NCBI GenBank assembly: GCA_020635695.1
Contig: JACJZH010000003.1
Location: 83,603 to 147,602 of the forward strand
DNA from: Flavobacteriales bacterium
GTDB taxonomy: Bacteria; Bacteroidota; Bacteroidia; Flavobacteriales_F; PHOS-HE28
DNA: 64,000 nucleotides
Direction: 5' to 3'
Below are positions 59,257-64,000 of the stretch, one piece after another. How positions within the stretch are numbered: the stretch's first letter is position 1; every line of letters starts with the position of its first letter. The notes under the pieces are model-generated. The model made no database searches, was not told the DNA's origin, and saw only the letters and a program-made list of their open reading frames with translations. A program made the translations under genes and the position numbers.

Positions 59257-61478
59257 ACCGTGACCGCGCAACCCGACCCGGGAACGGGCACCGTGCTGAA
59301 CCTCTGTCCGGCAGGTTCGACCACGGACCTGTTCGATGCCTTGGGGGGATCTCCGGATGCCGGCGGGACCTGGACCGACCCCAACGGGCTCGCTTTCCCG
59401 GGACCGTTCGATCCGGCCATCGACCTGCCCGGCGCCTACACCTACACACTTACCGCGCTGCCACCCTGCCCTTCCGTGTCGGCCACGATCCAGGTCGCCT
59501 TGGTGCCGGAAGCGGACGCAGGTACCGACGGGCAGCTCACGTTCTGCAGCACCGGGTCCTTGCAGGCGTTGGCCATGGGACTGGGAGGCACACCCGATCC
59601 AGGGGGGATCTGGCTGGCTCCGGGAGGCGTGCTCCACCCGGGTACGTTCGACCCCGGCATGGACAGTGCGGGGACCTACCGTTACATCGTCACCGTGCCG
59701 CCACCGTGCCTGAACGACACCGCCGAGGTCCTTGTGAACGTGATCCCTGCTCCGGATCCCGGCGGTTCCGGACAATTGGTCCTTTGCGCCAATGCCGGGA
59801 CCGAGGACCTCTTCCAGGCCCTTGCCGGCGCTCCGGATGGTGGTGGTGCGTGGACCTATGGCGGTGCCGTGACCGACGCCCTGTTCGACCCGGGCATCGA
59901 TGCTCCCGGCGACTACACGTATTCCCTCTCCGGAGGAGCTTGGTGTCCGGATACTTCGGCCATGGTGAACGTGTCTGTGGAACCGGTGCCCGACGCCGGC
60001 ACCGATGGAAGCGCATCGATCTGCCCGGAGGCACCTCCATTCAACCTGTTCAACCACCTCGGCGGGACTCCTGACCCGGGTGGAACCTGGACCGATCCGT
60101 TCGGAGCGGTGTTCAGCGGTGTGTTCGATCCGGCGCAGGATGCAGCCGGAGCCTACCTGTACACCGTACAGGGACAGGCGGTATGCCCGGACAGCAGTGC
60201 CACGGCGACGGTGACCGTATTCCTGACCAGCCCGCCCGAGGCCGGAGCCGACATCGAGGAATGTGACCTGGACGCCATCCTCTCGGCCACGGGCATCTGG
60301 GCTTCCGGGAACTGGTCCGGACCGGCCTGGGTGGAGTTCCAGGATGAGACCGACCCGTTCACGCCGGTGACCGCCGATCACGGTGGGGCAGCGACCCTGG
60401 TCTGGTCCGTGACCGACAGCAACGGATGTGCGGGGGCGGACAGCCTGATGGTCCTGTTCACGGAACCGCTGGTCCTGGGCACTTCCACCGTGGATGCGAT
60501 CTGCCACGGCGCCTGCGATGGAGAGGCCGGCGTGATCGTCTCCGGAGGGCAGGGAGGGCCGGACGATCGGACCTTCCAATGGTCCGGTGGTGTGGCCGGC
60601 CCCATGGACTCCCTTGCGACCGGGCTGTGCGCAGGCAGCTACACCGTGACCGTTTCGGACAGCATCGGGTGCATGGCCACCGTCCCCTTCGTGATCGGGG
60701 AGCCACCCCTGCTGGTGATCGATGACGTTCTGATGGTGGATGAGACCTGCCCCGGAAGCTGCGACGGATCGCTCACCGTGGTGGATCCCGAAGGGGCCTC
60801 GTTCAGCCTGGATGGTGGCGTCACTTTCCAGAACAATGGGCAGTTCACCGATCTCTGCCCGGGCACTTACCCGGTGTTGATGCTGAACGCGGCCGGCTGT
60901 GAGGCGGAGGCTTCAGGCACGGTGGGTTCCCCGCCCCCGGTCCTCGCGGCGTTCACCGCCAACCCGGACACGGTGCTCGTTTCCGATCCCTTGGTCGCGT
61001 TCCACGACCTCTCCGCCAACGCCGTCCTCTACAGCTGGGACTTCGCTGGTCTGGGCTCCAGCACATTGGCCGAGCCTTCGTTCGTGTTCCCGGACGTGCT
61101 CGGTGGCACCTACACGGTCTGTCTCACCGTTTCCGACCTGAACGGGTGTACGGACATCGTATGTAACCCGGTGGTGGTGCTGGACCTGCTGGACGTTCAT
61201 GTTCCCAATGCCTTCACCCCCGATGGCGATGGCACGAACGACCTCTTCGTTCCGGTGTTCAATACGCTGGTGGCCGTGGAGGATTACGAGTTCCTGGTGT
61301 TCGATCGCTGGGGCGAGCTGCTGTTCGAGAGCTTCCGCCCGGGCGAAGGCTGGTCAGGCATCTACCAGGGCTCGTTGGTGGAGCAGGAGGTGTACGTGTG
61401 GAAGCTCACGTACAAGGACGGCCGGTCCGGTGAGGCAAAGCAGGTCTTCGGACACGTCACCGTGGTCCGTTGAACGCA

Positions 61479-61503
61479 GAAGCCCCGCCAATGGCAGGGC
61501 TTC
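61479..61503. terminator. Hairpin between convergent genes (adhesin gene and gyrB)
   Basis: gaagccc (61479-61485) pairs with gggcttc (61497-61503). An inner gcc/ggc extension surrounds an aat loop. Confidence 0.5.
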
Positions 61504-61530
61504 CGAAGGGATCGGTGATCCGGACCGTGG

Positions 61531-63612
<2,082 letters not shown>

Positions 63613-63760
63613 TTACCAACATGTTAAGTGCTGGGACAGAGGCCCTTGTGAGATCCCCGGCGGTCCGATCGTGAAGAGACCGGCCCGTGTCCTGGATGAT
63701 CGGCCACGGCCCGAACGGGGGCATCTGCCTCTATCCCCCTAAAGGTCAAGTGATTAGGCC

Positions 63761-64000
63761 TCAGAACCGGTAAGTGGCACCACCCATCACCAAGGTCCGC
63801 TGCACGGGGTATCGGAACCAGCGCTCGTACTTGCTGGCGCTCAGGTTGCTCACCTCCAGGAACACGCTCAGGCGCTTGGTGTAGCGGTACTCGGCGCCCA
63901 GGTACAGGTCCAGGAAGCCGTCCAGGTCCTGCACCCGGGTCTCCAGGACCGCCCCCAGGGAGTCGGTGACCACCTCGGCCAGGGCGGGGCGCTGCCCCAG
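63761..64000 (-). CDS. Outer-membrane beta-barrel protein, C-terminal fragment (the gene continues beyond the right edge)
   Basis: The reading frame is open to the window edge. The C-terminus ...LDLYLGAEYRYTKRLSVFLEVSNLSASKYERWFRYPVQRTLVMGGATYRF has alternating beta-strand character and a terminal aromatic F, typical of OMP barrels. The family is not assignable from 80 residues. Confidence 0.5.
   Translation of the reverse strand: MGQRPALAEVVTDSLGAVLETRVQDLDGFLDLYLGAEYRYTKRLSVFLEVSNLSASKYERWFRYPVQRTLVMGGATYRF

Larger units (their letters stand above)
54465..61473 (+). pseudogene. Giant (~2335 codons) adhesin-like T9SS type-B cargo protein, interrupted by a +1 frameshift near 57702 as sequenced
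   Basis: The gene is split across ORF 54330..57797 and ORF 57724..61473, in adjacent frames. The preferred start is ATG 54465 (MARLTQQDRPRRSGPRAGKEILLCLLVWALPFLANGQ). Its order of parts is a CUB-like N-domain, a PKD unit (VSYVWDFADGTT...HTF...G.H.V.L.V.D), a P-domain (LTICLDIEHSFIGDLVISVTSPSGEN...LNGTWTIEVCDLWAADNG) and a DSYGDGWNGG module. These are followed by 15 modules of 79-80 aa, SprB-type Cys repeats (CHGACDGEAGV..., CPGSCDGSLTV...) and another PKD unit. The C-terminus is NAFTPDGDGTNDLFVP...YVWKLTY...GHVTVVR. Confidence 0.85.

Overview
This is a 64-kb chromosomal segment from a high-GC member of the Bacteroidota (63-68% GC in the coding lines I hand-counted). I infer the phylum from three things. 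First, the conserved gene order rpsU-xerC-hpf-tRNA(Thr,Tyr,Gly,Thr)-tuf-tRNA(Trp)-secE-nusG-rplK-rplA-rplJ-rplL-rpoB-rpoC. Second, TTTG/TAnnTTTG-type promoter boxes. Third, T9SS type-A and type-B C-terminal sorting domains. The content is mostly housekeeping: translation and transcription genes, gyrB, prfA, purM, pyrF, apt, mdh, type III glutamine synthetase, SecDF, TatA, several transporters, and envelope proteins. Three large T9SS cargo genes and an ECF sigma factor are interspersed among them. I found no CRISPR array, prophage, transposase, toxin-antitoxin pair or recognisable defence cassette. I also do not see a convincing novel multi-gene system. The observations worth a second look are these. 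(1) A fused SecDF carries a complete OmpA-like peptidoglycan-binding domain inside its periplasmic head. (2) A 348-bp low-GC cassette with a small 2-TM ORF is bounded by nested GATC-rich inverted repeats and fills the whole gap between two genes. (3) An ECF sigma gene is followed by a membrane-anchored PKD protein with a T9SS type-B sorting domain, then by a ~2335-codon adhesin-like gene with 15 unclassified 79-80-aa modules, including three near-identical 480-bp copies. (4) Four conserved genes are split by single-base indels in short G/C runs, and one large gene has a locally garbled, frame-compensated segment. This pattern suggests homopolymer sequencing errors or recent decay. The ORF track translates GTG and TTG starts as M. 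Because of the GC content it also lists many long antisense shadow ORFs, which I rejected. Start codons were re-evaluated by hand where the longest ORF was implausible.
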